A stretch of DNA of 64,000 nucleotides, from assembly GCF_009914755.1 (NCBI RefSeq), contig NC_060935.1; one strand, given 5' to 3'. The notes under the pieces were generated by a model that saw only the letters and a list, made by a program, of their open reading frames with translations, made no database searches and was not told where the DNA came from. The DNA is from the human T2T-CHM13v2.0 reference genome, Homo sapiens. Positions 13,400 to 26,825 of this stretch are shown in pieces. The stretch's first letter is position 1; every line of letters begins with the position of its first letter. Made by a program: the position numbers and the translations under genes.

Positions 13400-13840
13400 C
13401 CACTAGCTCATTCTCCTGCCCTCCCCCACCCCAATGTGTTAGCTACACACAAGACCACCCAGCAGAGACTGTATTTCCCAACCTATCTTGCAGCTAAGTA
13501 TAGATCATGTGATTGAGGCCAGTGGGATATGAGTGAAAATAACGTGGCAACTTCTGGGGTATACCCTCCTCCTCATCCTCTTCCCCTTCCCTCTTTCCCA
13601 TGGCTGGGATATAGACTTGGAGGGTGATGGGGCACAGGCTTTGCTCACAGCAATGAGGGCAATACTTGGTGGCTGGTGAAACAAGATGGAAGGATTCTGA
13701 GTCTATAAACCAGAGCAGAACGATCCTACCCACTCAAAGCCCCTACCAGCTCAGACTTTTACATAGAGAGAAACTTCTAAATTCTTTAATCCATGGAAAT
13801 TGGGTTTTTGTTAAAGCAGCCAAATCAATATCCTAATACA
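13400..13840 (+). mobile_element. MLT1 LTR
   Basis: gtatttcccaacctatcttgcagct...catgtgatt...ttttgttaaagcagccaaatcaatatcctaataca. Confidence 0.6.
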
Positions 13841-15276
13841 GTGACTCTTGCTCCCTGATGTTTAATAAGCAAATAAGCAAAAATATCTTGAGTAAGAGCT
13901 TTATCAGAGTTCCTGAAATTCTAAGCAGAGGCCATCCCCTGAGCTGGGGATCCAGCATGTGTATAACAATGACCCCATGCCCTCTGATATCCCAGAGCAT
14001 CTCTCAAATCCTTTATCATTCAGTTTGTTGGGACAGTATTGTATTTTACTGTGTGGTATGTGTGTTAGGTCATATGGCTAGTTCAACATTGATAACAATA
14101 GCCAAGAAAGTTCCATTCTTCAGCCTGTGGGTCTATGCAGTTTACCGTAAATTTATGAGATGCATTACTTAAGTAGTTATCATCTCTACTTACAGATGAG
14201 ACCTAAAAGCCCATTAGAGACTTTCCCAAGGACCTGAGGCTAATAGAAACTCAGCCTCTCAGACTAACCTTCAAGAGCTCTTTACACTTCCCCAAATAAA
14301 GAACCATTCCCTCTCCTTAGAGTTTAGGGTCCTCTGACACCAACCAGGGAATACTACTAGAAAATCTTTTTTATTTTTTCTTTCTTAAAGTACTTGTAAA
14401 AAGGACGATTAAATCACAGAAATGTGAGCACCAAAGAAAGAAGGAAGTTGTGCAAAGGTCAACATTATGCTGGTAAGAGAATGTTTAGGAACGATCAGTA
14501 TTTGGAAGCCAACAGGCACAGGTTCACAATTGTTCTTGTAAATGTTCAACCACTGGAAAACTTTCAAAATGCCAGGTAGCCAATGGCTTCTAGATTAAAA
14601 TATTAAAGCAAATAATAATTTTTTTAAAAATTGTCACTTCTGATAACATCTCAGCTTACTGAACAAAGTAACGGAGAGCCTCTCGCACCATGCTGGACTC
14701 GTTTCCTGGAAATTTGTAAATACCAGACCACAGAGCTTGACTAATGACTATTGGACATGGTGCCCACTGTGTGTGTTCAGAGAATTGGCTTGTGTGGGAA
14801 GAACCCAAATGTCTGGTCCTCGTGCCAATTTGTCTTTGGACCTAAAAATCACCAGAAAAGGGAGGCAAAGGAAAATGACCATGATCCAGATGGAGATGGT
14901 AAGGCAGGACTGATGACGGAGTGAGCCAAAAGTTGCCAAATTAAGGGGAAATTTAGGCGATCTGCAAAGAATCATGAGTTTTCTCTTCCCCAGATTGAGG
15001 CAGGAATGGAGAAAACACTGGCTTTTGAGTTGAAAGCCCCAGACACAAGTTCCAGCTCAGCCCCAGACTACTCTGAGCTGACTTGTCCTCAGTAAAATGC
15101 ACAAATACTTGTGAATGGATGCTCCAATAACCTCAGAAGGTTTGTGTGAAGAGGTAAGATGATATCTAAGAAAATGTTTCAAGTTCTCTCATGTGCCACA
15201 CAGGTGAGGAGATTTATCATTATATCATGAGAAAAAAAGCTGAAATGGGGTGTTGGGGCATGTATTATTACAATTC

Positions 15277-15571
15277 TTTTTTATTTTTATTTTGAGACAG
15301 AGTCTCACTCTGTCACCTAGGCTGGAGAGCAGTGGTGCGATCTCAGCTCACTGCCACCTCAGTCAAGCTCAAGAAGTCCTCCCACCTCAGCCTCCTGAAT
15401 AGCTGGGACTACAGGCATACACCAGCATGCCCAGCTGATATTTGTATTTTATGTAGCGACAGAGTTTCACCATCTTGCCCAGGCCAGTCTCAAACGCTTG
15501 GCCTCAAGTGATCTGCCCGCCTTGGCCTCCCAAAGTGCTAGGATTGCAGGCGCAAGCCACTGCACCTGGCC
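15277..15571 (-). mobile_element. AluJ-type element
   Basis: Reverse Alu; TSD acaattctttt at 15270-15280 and 15572-15582. Confidence 0.88.
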
Positions 15572-15639
15572 ACAATTCTTTTGAACAATTCTTCTTCCTT
15601 TTGCTTAAGCAAAAGAGGAATCTTTTGGTTCCAATGACA

Positions 15640-16002
15640 GGTGTCAGTAGTCATCAGAACTAATCACAAATAACCCACTTCTCTTCCATCCTGGCACATG
15701 GTAGGATTCAGCTTCTCTGCCCTTTCATGGTTAGGTGTGCCCATATGATTTGACTGTTACTTCTGGGCAGGAGCTTTAAGATCACAGGTGCAATTTGCCA
15801 TAGTCCCTTTCCCTGCCTTGGTGATTGTGGAGGCATGTGTTGAGATGAAGCTTCCATCATCCTGGGCCCTTAGTGATTACAGTGAGCAGACTACCCGCCC
15901 TCCTCCTCCAACCTGCAGTGAATGTGCAGCATTGGCAAAGAAACTTTAGTTGTGTAAAAAGCCACTACAACCTTGGGATTGTTTGTTACTGCAGCATAAC
16001 CT
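15640..16002 (+). mobile_element. MLT1 LTR whose last ~20 bp are displaced to 17645-17664 by an ERV insertion
   Basis: ...gtttgttactgcagcataacct is completed by ggtccgtcctgatgaataca after the ERV. Confidence 0.6.
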
Positions 16003-16099
16003 TGTATTGAGTATATGTTCTTATTTTCTGTATTCTTCATGCGCTAACATTTGGGTCCTTGATCCAAAGAGGTCACCCCATTCAGGGCTAGCAAATTCC

Positions 16100-16158
<59 letters not shown>

Positions 16159-17639
16159 GGGTCGGGGGCGGGGTGGCAAACAATTCTCCTGGGAGCGTGC
16201 CTTTGATGTACAAACCAGCTAATCTGGAGCCCACACTCCCAACCATCTTCTTTTTAAAACCAAACTCTCACACACCAAGCCAATATTCTCTCTGCCCTAA
16301 GTCACCCTAGGGTCAGACAACTCGGGACCATCCCTATGGCCCTGAACCCATCCAAATTATTCAAACTATCCAACCCTAAACTTAGCCAGCATATGTACCT
16401 TGTCTTAACCATTCCTTCCTATGAAAACCCCAATAAAGGCTTGGGGCCATGCTCTCCCCTCTCCCTGCCTCCTGACCAACACTTATCCTTCCGAACCATG
16501 CGGCCCCGTGTGCCACACCTCCTGCTTCTAGAGCTCTATGAGCACAAACTTCTTCCTTCATGATAATCATTTCCACGTCTGTGTGCCTTATGTCTTACCA
16601 TTCCTGATTAAAACAAATCCTGAGAACAACTGGCATAGGTAGCAGGGTGGTTTGATGCCAGATGGACATGGAATGTCCTTAGACTGATCTTGACTTGCTA
16701 CCTGCTCCCGACAGACAGCAGCCACTGCTTGGCAAGGTACAGCTGAGAGTGGAGTGCTCGGGCTTCCTGCTTGATGGCTACTGCATTGTGTTGTGTTGTC
16801 AGGTGTTGCCGTTAATTCCCAACTTGAAATTGCGACGCTCGTTCGAGCAGCTGAGTCCCGGAGCTGCCTCATAGGCTGGTGTCATGTGTCTGGGACTAAC
16901 CTATTTCTCCACGGTGGTGGAATGCCCAGGATTCAGGACAGAGTGCCTGGGGTTACATAAGTAATTGGCTATATTTTTTTCTCAAAAGGTCCCTCTGAAG
17001 GGGACCAGGAGTGACTGACTATCCTCCTCATGCCAAGGGCAAGTCTGATCCACTGACTGAGGAGCACTGACAACACTGGGGTCATCAGAGTCATTTAGAT
17101 GAAAGTGCCTAGTGTCTAGGATGTGATAGCTCCTGAGGACACTCATAAACCACTTTCCCTTTTCCCTCTGGGCTTTGCTGAGTCAAATTTCAGCCTCTTC
17201 CTTGGAGTACTGCGAGAGCACTTGTCGGAACGCTTGCTCCTTGCTCGTGCATGTGTTGAGGGCCATTCATGGGATCAGTGTGAAGGGCTCCTCCAGGGAT
17301 CACGGCATCCCACAGATGTTCAGATCACACACTTCTCTGCTGTTGTCTGATTGCTGCTGTCATGATTTATTTCCCAACCCAGGGGTAAATAAGAAGTCCC
17401 CTCCCTAGAGACGAGGGACTCAATGTTTAATGATCAACGGGAAGGAAAAAGAGCACCTGTTTCCAACTTCCCCAAAAGCCCCAAAGAGATGGTCCTTCCC
17501 CATGTGGCCCTACGTGGCATGCCATGCCTCCTGTTTCTAGGGTTCTGTGAGCACAGACTTCTTCCTCATGACAATCACCTCTGTGCCTGTGAGTCTTGCC
17601 ATTCCTGATTAAAACAAATCCCGGGTACACCTTAACACA
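16003..17639 (+). mobile_element. Degraded ERVL-class provirus: 5' LTR of MER74/MER73/MER54 type (16003-16628), PBS, internal remnant, partial 3' LTR (~17495-17639)
   Basis: TG start, cagggctagcaaattcctagag, AATAAA at 16432; the LTR 3' end is repeated (ccattcctgattaaaacaaatcc at ~16600 and ~17600); PBS-like tggcataggtagcagggt; near-TSD aacct/agcct. Confidence 0.65.
16101..16157 (+). repeat. (AG)28 microsatellite inside the LTR
   Basis: Perfect dinucleotide run. Confidence 0.97.
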
Positions 17640-18293
17640 AGCCTGGTCCGTCCTGATGAATACATAAGGAGGAAGAGTGGGAATGGCATCAGGTACCAAG
17701 ATTTTCTCATCTTCTTCCCAACCTCTGGGGTCTAGATGGCCTCTCCGACTGCAGATGAGCTTTCGGTGTGGCAGGAAGATGGACCTCATCATCACTGGCC
17801 TGGCTGTCAGAGCCTAGAGGCAGGAGGTGGTCTCAGAAATTACAGCAGAGAAAGCCCCAGGGACAGACTCAGATTGGCTGATTGGAATCATGAACATTCA
17901 TGAGACAATCGCTGTGGCACATGCATTTGATCAGGATTGAGGCAGATGCTGACCCCTGTTGGTGGGTGGCTGGGTGGGATGTGTTGGGCAGCCAGCACAG
18001 GCACCAGTGAGATGGATCATTGTCCTTCTGTGGATGGAGTTTGGACATCCAAACCTTGCCACACCCTGAGGAAGGACAGTTTGTATACAGCTGCTTCATC
18101 ACACAAAGTACTACTGGGAAACCAGACAAGCAGTGAATGAGCCAACTTCCTTTGAGATCAACAGATAAGAGCCAGGAGGCCCTTCTGAGATAGGGCCAGG
18201 CCAACCAGAAATACGGTATCTACAAACAATCCATCATCACTAACAGAGGAAAACAAATGCCTTAAATGATGACGAGGTGAAGGGTAGCAAAGA

Positions 18294-18299
18294 TTTATT
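18294..18299 (-). terminator. Distal polyadenylation signal of COMMD9
   Basis: AATAAA on minus followed by CA and a TTTGTTTTCCTCTGTT U/GU-rich tract. Confidence 0.55.
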
Positions 18300-19450
18300 G
18301 ACTTTTCCAGTTATTTATCAAATGCCCTCTGCGTCATGTACCCAGATGGCTCTATTCGGACAGATCTGGCTAGAGGAAATGTCCAACTGCCCAGACACCT
18401 ATACTGGGCTTCTTGCTTCAAGTAAGTTTCTTATGGATGCCCATGGGAGGCCAAGAGGAAGGTATCTGACATCTCTCTCTGCAGGTCATGGGGAATGGAA
18501 GGAAAGGAGAGGGGTAAATTTGTGACAAATCTGAGCTCAACTGGAGGGTATGACCAGGGGCTCTCAACTTGGAAGTAGCGGGCTGGCTTCTGGGGTCCTT
18601 GACCTCTTGTCGTTGCATGCAAAAAATTGAATGTTCATTTCCTATAGCAGATAAAGAAGAGCTTGGAATTTTTTTTCCCTTGACCTTCCTCGTATCTCAC
18701 TGGGTAGGCAGACGTAAGATCTCTCATCTCTACTTCAGTTTCAACATTTTCCAAATGGCGCTAGTCACAGAATTATATGTTCCTTGCAAAGTCCTGTGTT
18801 GTAAAGAGAAAGCTAGAGAAATATGGGTCCACCTCTTAATGAGACCATTTACCAGCAGATGACTCAATCTCAATGAGCTGGTTTCCTGGTCAATAAAGGG
18901 AGGATGATAATACTAATTCTCACACCAACTCTGTTATAGTAGATGAGACAATAAATGCACCAAGCTTTCTACTCTCATCCATTAATAATCAAAGCCTTTC
19001 CTATTAGTTGTAACAGTACTGTTTTTAGGTGCATTATATCATTTAATTTTCACAAAAGTCCTATCAAGTAGGTACTACTATTATACTCATTTAATTTAGG
19101 AAAAAAGTACAAAGTGGGTGAAAATTGAGATGTAGAAGTCAAGCACCTTACCACTGAGAAGCAGAGCTGGCTTCTGACCTTGGCTGCCTGACTCCTGACA
19201 GCATATTCTTAATCTGTGGATTTACCTCCTCCATTCACTCCATACACAAACTAGCAGAGAAGCTGCCAAAACAAAGCACTCCAAGAGCAGGCTGCAAGCT
19301 GTTGCCATGGAGATGATCTGGTGAGTGAAGGGGGAATCTTCACACATGGAGTCCCTGTGAGGCGTGAGGCACATGACAGAGATGATCTCATTTGGTTAAA
19401 CTCGAAGGAGTGCCTTCATCATAGCTCTTGTAACAAGCACATACTGATGA

Positions 19451-19754
<304 letters not shown>

Positions 19755-19963
19755 ACCTTGCTTCCTTTTGTTCTACGTAACAGGTGAAAACACAGAAAGT
19801 GGTGCGATTCAATTGCCTGATTTCATGTCACACCATGGGTCAAGGGCTTAGCTGGGAATTAGGAAGTTGGGATCATCTTTAAAAACTAGAGAAGGTACTG
19901 GCCAAAAGCTTCAACTTGGGGACAAAAGAAGCTACAAAAATCATGGAAGTTTTAGAACTGTTG

Positions 19964-19969
19964 TTTATT
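19964..19969 (-). terminator. Proximal polyadenylation signal of COMMD9
   Basis: AATAAA on minus, a CA about 20 nt downstream, then TGATTTTTGTAGCTTCTTTTG (U-rich downstream element). Confidence 0.6.
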
Positions 19970-20617
19970 TCCAATTATTCCCACTTCTTCACCTAGGAGT
20001 GGCTGCATTAGATGAAGGAAGAGGGCCCTGGTTTCATGAAGAAGGGAATTAGCACCCATTTCAGACTTCCTACACTGAAGAGGGGTTCCAGTATGGTGGA
20101 GGGGGCTCAGGGAACACTCTGGATGGACCATGCTCTGTGGGCTCTGCCTGGCTTCCCTGACAGAGGAGCAGGAACTGCTGGCATCACCTGTCCGATTCCC
20201 TCCATGTGTTCTGGGATTGGAAATGAACTAATTAGAGCTAATGTTGGAAATAAACTTACTTATTGGATAGGCTGCATGATTTGGGCCTGAATTTCTCAAA
20301 CAGCTATGCAGAGGCAGCTGACGATGCAAATGTTCCCTCACCCTGCCATGGTGGTAATTAAGTTGCACTCAGGAGCTTTTCAAAGATGGGGGCTTCTGCT
20401 CTCCAGCTTCAGAAAGAGAAAGAAGATGAGTGAGAACAGCGGGGGATCTGGCTGCTTCTTCCCAATCCAACTGTAACTTCTGGATGGCAGTAGCCCCCTG
20501 CTGTCCCCACCATCCTGCCTGTTGTCAGCTGCAGCTGCAAGGGCAGCCTGCATATGGGGAGACATTTATCACTCATGAGCAGCTGGGTCATGGCAGTGGC
20601 CCTGGCAGCTGGCTGGA

Positions 20618-20758
20618 TCATTTACTGGCCACGGCAGAGAGTTGGTCTCGGATGCGGCCCAGGCCATCTAACATGGTGTCCAGTGTTTCTTTGCTCAGCT
20701 CCACGGTGACAGCTGAGATGGAGGGTTTGTCTCCGCATAGGCTGGGATCTTCTTGGAT
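20618..20758 (-). CDS. COMMD9: COMMD9 exon 6 coding part (IQEDPSLCGDKP...DQLSAVASK*)
   Basis: Acceptor TTTCAG; 141 nt including TGA; total spliced CDS is 597 nt = 198 aa + stop. Confidence 0.96.
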   Translation of the reverse strand: MQEDPSLCGDKPSISAVTVELSKETLDTMLDGLGRIRDQLSAVASK

Positions 20759-21428
20759 CTGAAACGAGAACACAGCCCAGAAAGTCAAAGCTGCCTCTTT
20801 TCCCATATCCCTGTAAGTGAGCCCTGAACCTGCGAGGCTGAGCTCAGTTCTGCTGAACCTCTGAAGAGAGGCTCTTTCCTAAGCACTAGAGAGTACCAGC
20901 CCTTGGGTCATTTAGCAGTAAGGGAGAGTACAGGAGATACCTCAGAGGCCTGGGTCAGTCTCCATTTGCAACAAGTGCCTTGGGTAGGTATCAAAGAAGG
21001 CCAAGCCAAGGCTCACTCACCTCTCTGATACCCTAACTCTCAGCATTCAAGCAAGAAAACATTACGTGTGTTTACATTGGTACTTTAAGGAGCAGGTTCT
21101 GTTGGATACTTCAGACAATCCTGCATTGGGATGCAGGAACAATCTTACAACCTTTAGTTTTAAAAAATAAAGAAGTTAAGCTTCACTAATATTTAAAACT
21201 TAATTGCTAGAGGCACCCTTCTTCATTTTCTTACAAGTGGTAACTTTCTGGGTGTCTGGTTATGTAGATACAGCATTACATTTCTAGTTTTAACTAAACA
21301 AACACTACAATATGGATATGTAGCTTAAAAAGATTCCTGAAAATAACTATAAAATGAAGACAACACCAATGAAGCAAAGGTATGTGAGCAAGAAAATGAA
21401 GACCTGACACTTCTCCAGCTGCTAGTAG

Positions 21429-21729
<301 letters not shown>

Positions 21730-22123
21730 CTAGTAGAAACTCTTGAGCAGCCACATTACAAATAATGACAGCCTAATCACTGGACAAGAAGTTGCTGAAG
21801 TACACTGAAATGATCGGGCAGGCTATTCAAAATCTGGAAGCACACTACTATTGTTAAAGCTAAACTGCTAAGAGTATAGGGTTACCTTTAGGTATCAGCA
21901 AATTATTTTAAAAATATGTTTTGTATTTGTTTTATTGTTTTAATATGTCCATAGTATGTTACTGCAGTAGTACACATACACGTTGTAACTAAACAAAGGA
22001 GGATAAAGGGGATGGTAATTTAAAAAAATATATGGGTTAGAGATCCCAAACCTTGGAGACTAGTGTTTTAGACGGCCATAGGGGTGCTGCCTCTTCTTTC
22101 TAATGGCATGATAGTGAATGTAC

Positions 22124-22227
22124 CTTCATCTGGAGCAGGCAGGTGGGGACGGCCATGCGGCTGATGCTGTCTGAGGAGGTTTTGATATCCACTCTCCAGT
22201 CCAGATCGACCAGGCGTGGCAGAGAGA
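22124..22227 (-). CDS. COMMD9: COMMD9 exon 5 (SLPRLVDLDWRVDIKTSSDSISRMAVPTCLLQMK), start of COMM domain
   Basis: Acceptor CCACAG, donor GTACAT; 104 nt; contains the LxDxDWRVD COMM-domain signature. Confidence 0.96.
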
Positions 22228-23075
22228 CTGTGGAAGGAACAGCTCAGCTCAATGCTCATGCCGCCCGTGTTTACCAAGCATTTATTGTACGACAGGCGGC
22301 TCTGAGGACTGCACACATGCAATGCATTGGTCTATGCAGCAAGTCTCTGAGAAAGACAGATAAACAAAGCCCGAGACCCACAGCGAGTCATGTGCCTTAC
22401 CCATTGCTCTGTGCTGCCTGCACTTGGTACTAATTCACAGTGGCAGCGTATCCAGGCTTCTACCTGAACACCCAGCCCTCCAGATGTTAGGGCAGAATGA
22501 GAAGTGACATAAAGCAGAGAAGAAATCATGGCCTGAGCCTTAGGAAATGTGTAGCTTCAGCAATAGTGGTAAGAGCTCTTGTTTTAGAGATAAATGGACT
22601 TGACTTGAATACAGGTGCTACCACTTATCTAACCTCTGAGCTTCTGTTTGCTCATCAGCCTAGCTCACAGGGCTGAAGGGAGGACTAAATGACTTGAGCA
22701 GATTAACTGCTCCAGCACTGTGGCTGGCTCAGAGTTACTGTAATGACCATTTATTAAACATGGACTTTCATTCAGCCTTTCAAACTATTTTTGATTATTG
22801 TTAATTTTTTTCACAATTGAAATACCATTATTTTAAGTACTTCACTTTCTGCTTTGGATATTTCTGTTTTTTAACAACATGCCTATATAATAATGTTTAT
22901 AATCAGAAAAAAGTTAAAAAGTAGAATTAGGGAAAAAACCCACCATACACAGAGTATGGGTTGAGACTAGAATGGTTCACTTTGGTTTCTGTCAAAATCT
23001 CTGATCACTTGGCAGACTGAGAGCTGGGGCTGGGGAGACAAGTAAGAAGGGAGGGGCAGATTTATTGGTACTCAC

Positions 23076-23110
23076 TCTGATTTGCCTGGGCTTCGGTTCT
23101 CCAAGTAGAC
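23076..23110 (-). CDS. COMMD9: COMMD9 exon 4 (V-STWRTEAQANQ-I)
   Basis: 35-nt exon, acceptor AACAG, donor GTGAGT; phases 2/1 bridge exons 3 and 5 exactly. Confidence 0.94.
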
Positions 23111-23689
23111 CTGTTTAAGAGGGAAAGATGAGGAAAAAATAATGGAAAGGGGATGAGACTGACTCTTCTGATAGAGAGGGGAACTGGCCCTTCCTGTGAT
23201 CTTCAGACCTGTCATCACCTGCTAACAGGAAAGGACCACAGAAACCCCTCCCTCCAAGAAAGTCTTTTGTTTATTTGTTTTACAAAGCTCAGTGATGTTA
23301 AGGCCCTAAGTGTTGTCAGTTTTCATAGTTCAGGACAAAAAAGAAGAAAATACAATGTATTGTAATCTTATTGTGCTATTGTTCTTTTGTGCTTTTGTTC
23401 AAAGACAAAACAGAAAAAAAGGTCAACTTATCTTCTCTTTATTGAGCACCTACTGCATACACAAATATTGCATCTTCTGCAAAAACACATCCAAACAGAC
23501 CTGACTAATGCTACAACAAACATAATAAAATGTGATCATGTATGAGAAAGTTCTTAAAATACAATAAAACCCTTGGTAAATAGGCATTATCAGTTATTGC
23601 TATTAGAGAGGTCTGTTCAAGCCTTCTGCTAACCAATAGTTAATCAATTCTGCTTAAAATGTACGTGTTTAAAAGGAACTTCCCAGCCA

Positions 23690-24420
23690 AGAAAATATAC
23701 AGATACTTCACAAAAGAAAAAAAAAAGATCAATTAAACATATGAAAAAGATATCTGACATCACTAGTGTCAAAGATAGGGACACTGAAATGAGGTACCAT
23801 TTGCCATTGTGGAACTGGGAAAAATGTAAGAAAAAAATCCCCTCAGTGAAGGCGTAGGGAGAGGGGTACACTTGTATCCTACTACTGTGGAAAAATACTG
23901 CAATATTTCTAATGGCCAACTTGAACATTTAAGGCCAAACCCTCAAAATGTCCATTACCTTTAACCCAGTAAAAAAATAATTAAGCACAGGAGCAAAGTT
24001 TTCATTGTAAATTGTTCACTGAAATGAAAAAATGCCAACAGCCTCAGTGTCCAACACTAAGAAATTTTAAAATTATACATCATTTCTTCCTATAACAGGA
24101 TATGTTTAACCATTACAATGATATTGAAGGTAAACATTGACGTGAAATTTCACTATCGTTAATACTGTTAACAGAAAATAAGCAAGTTACAAAACAGCAT
24201 GATCCATTTTGTAAAAACAAAAACAAAACATCAACCTCTTACAGAGGTGTAAAGAGGAAAAAAAAAACATGTTTTAAAAGGCTTTCCATTAAGAAAAGAC
24301 TACCACTAACATCTGGCTGGTGGAATTACAGGTGTCTTATTTTCTTTTTGCTTATCCGGGCTTCCTAAGTTTTCAACAATGAGCATATTACTACTTCTAG
24401 AATGAGAATAAAAATAATAA
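23690..24420 (+). mobile_element. L1ME-type 3' end in COMMD9 intron 3
   Basis: aaacatatgaaaaagat...gaaatgaggtaccattt...caacagcctcagtgtccaac are degenerate L1 3' motifs. Confidence 0.55.
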
Positions 24421-24464
24421 GAAATGTAAAAGTTAGAAGGGACTTTCAAGAAATGAGCACTTAC

Positions 24465-24604
24465 ACATGTTCTAGGATGATCTTTGTCAGCAGGTTTTTG
24501 AGGTTTTGGTGGAAATTTTCTGGAAAGAGAGCCAGAATTGCCTCGGCAGAGGACAGGTCACGGAATGCCACCAGCCTAGTGAGGCGGTGCAGAGCCTGGA
24601 GCAG
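24465..24604 (-). CDS. COMMD9: COMMD9 exon 3 (LLQALHRLTRLVAFRD...KIILEH+V)
   Basis: Acceptor TTGCAG, donor GTAAGT; 140 nt; lies within ORF 24461..24730. Confidence 0.96.
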
Positions 24605-25349
24605 CTGCAAGATAAACGGAACCACCTGTAGCTGTAACAGAAGCAGCAGGCAGGGGGCACAAGGCAGGGCCAGGGGCAGGGCTCTACACCCCGAAGGCTG
24701 CACACTGCTATGGTCATTCAACTGAGTCACAAGTCCAGAGGCCTCTGTGGCACATGCTCATGCCCCACATGCCTTGGCCTGCCTCGGAGTTCACCTGTTG
24801 CTTTAGAAGACAGATGCAGCTGCCTGACCTAGGAAGCTGACAGCTTGTCAGAAACTCTCCACTTGTGGACAAAGAGTTAATATAGCCCTTTTCCTTCTGC
24901 ATGAGAATCTGACCTTCAGTTAACTTTCTGGTGCTGTTTCCCTGGTAACCTGAGAGCAGTGCAAAGTCAGCTGTGTTACTAAGCAACACTGCATTGGTCC
25001 AAGCCTCTGGACTGAGAGGACTGCATAAATACCTGGGGTGCCGGTAGCTCTGGACTTGCCTATGTGTGGCTACAGGCTCCTTTCGAGAACCTGAAGCTGT
25101 GCTTACTGAACCGTGACACAAGATACCGGCTCCTGTGGAGTGAGGGTCTTGAATCCAGGGTGGTAGGATTCATGTCCTTTCCTCTCAACTGGTTGCCTAG
25201 GAGGGCAAAGAGAACAAACAGCTCCTGGCCGGCTGTGCGGGTTCCTCCTGGGAAGAGGCATGTCTGCCCGTCCTGCTAAAATGCTGTGTTCCCATCCTAG
25301 GTCCTTCTAAGTGAATCTGTAACTTTGAAGTGTAAGAGGGGTTTATGGT

Positions 25350-25722
25350 GGTCTTGTGAATAGAGTAATACTTAGCTAACCTAAAAAAGCTCTCTGGAGG
25401 TAACTGTTTCTCTGCTTTAGGGCTTTCTCTGATATCACTGCAGATTACCTGACACAACCCGGAAGTGAAGGGAAGTTAACCTTCCACCAGTGAGAGTGGG
25501 TGTTCATGGATAAATGGCCAAGCCTCTCTGTTCTCCCGGGGAACAATTCTGAGAGGTGTTCTACTTGGTTTCTTACAGGATCCCAAGTTTTCCATAGCAG
25601 TAATTGCTCTTAACATCTTCTTTCATTGACTTGCCTTCCCTGTTTGATTTTCCCCACTGCTTTGTGTTTTCTAGAATCATCTCCCAAATAATCTACTTTG
25701 GGGGGGAACCCAAAATAAGTCT
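25350..25722 (+). mobile_element. LTR16-like ERVL LTR fragment, intron 2
   Basis: aacaattctgagaggtgtt...ctcccaaataatctactttgggggggaacccaaaataag. Confidence 0.5.
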
Positions 25723-25811
25723 CCAAATCACTTCCAAAATCTTGCTTTTTCCTTTTCCTTTTCTACAGCTCACTTCAATAAACAAGGTCCAGAATTAAAA
25801 CAAAAAACATA

Positions 25812-26110
25812 GGCCAGGTGCAGTGGCTCATGCCTGTAATCCCAGCACTTTGGGAGGCTGAGGTGGGTGGATTGCTTGAGCTCAGGAGTTCAAGACCAGC
25901 CTGGGCAACATGGCAAAACCCTGTCTCTACAAAAAATACAAAAATTAGCCAGGCATCGTGGCATATGCTTGCAGTCCCAGCTACTCGTGGAGCTGAGGTG
26001 GGAGGACTGCCTGAGCCTGGGGCATCGAGGCTGCAGTGAGCCATGTCCATGCCACTGCCCTCCAGCCTGGGTAACAAAATGAGACCCTGTCTCAAAAATA
26101 AAAAAAATCC
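25812..26110 (+). mobile_element. AluJ, COMMD9 intron 2 (antisense to the gene)
   Basis: Forward Alu; flanked by aaaaacata(ggcc) on both sides. Confidence 0.88.
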
Positions 26111-26699
26111 AAAAACATAGGCCCATTTAGATGAAGAAAGTGCTGTTTTAAAAACATATTTGCCTTGGAAAGATAAGGCTGTCACTGCTACATAATAACT
26201 TACCACAAGTTACCTTAATCTCCCTCTTGGCTACCTGCTGAGATCAGGTGAGCTGAGGAGAAGGGGACCTTCTGTGGGACAGAGGGGTGAGGAGGGAGTG
26301 AGATACACAAAGCACCCCTCAGGAAGCCTGATGGAATCTAGCAGTGCCTACTCCTGAATCTTATGCAGGCCTCAAACCTTCTGTTCAAAGATCCCTGAAA
26401 AGTCTGCCCTAAGCTATCCAGCTAACAATTTATGAGCATCAGCAAGTTATAGGTTGGAAAAGAAAATCACAGAAAGGTTGGCTTTTGTTCCACATTGTCT
26501 AGGTAATAGGTCTGAAAGAAAATGGTCAGGAGCTCTGATTCTGGGTACAGTTCTCCCATTCATGTCCCATTTATAAAAGTTTGCTACAGTGTCAACAGAT
26601 GTTTCAAGGGATTTTCCTTGGACATGGCAATGACTGGGAAGTCAAGAAAGAGACTAATAAGAGGGCCAGTGGCCAAAGATCATTTCTGACCACACTTAC

Positions 26700-26825
26700 T
26701 TCCTCTGCCTCCTCCTGGGTCACAGACAAGCTGGAACATGTAACATCCAAGAGTTTTTTCAAGCCAAGGGCTGAACTGGAAAAGCTTTCTTGACACAGCT
26801 GTCTGACAACATCTTTCGAGGAGGC
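26700..26825 (-). CDS. COMMD9: COMMD9 exon 2 (ASSKDVVRQLCQESF...VTQEEAEE)
   Basis: Acceptor ...CATAG, donor GTAAGT; 126 nt, phase 0/0; manual translation continues the COMMD9 sequence. Confidence 0.96.
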
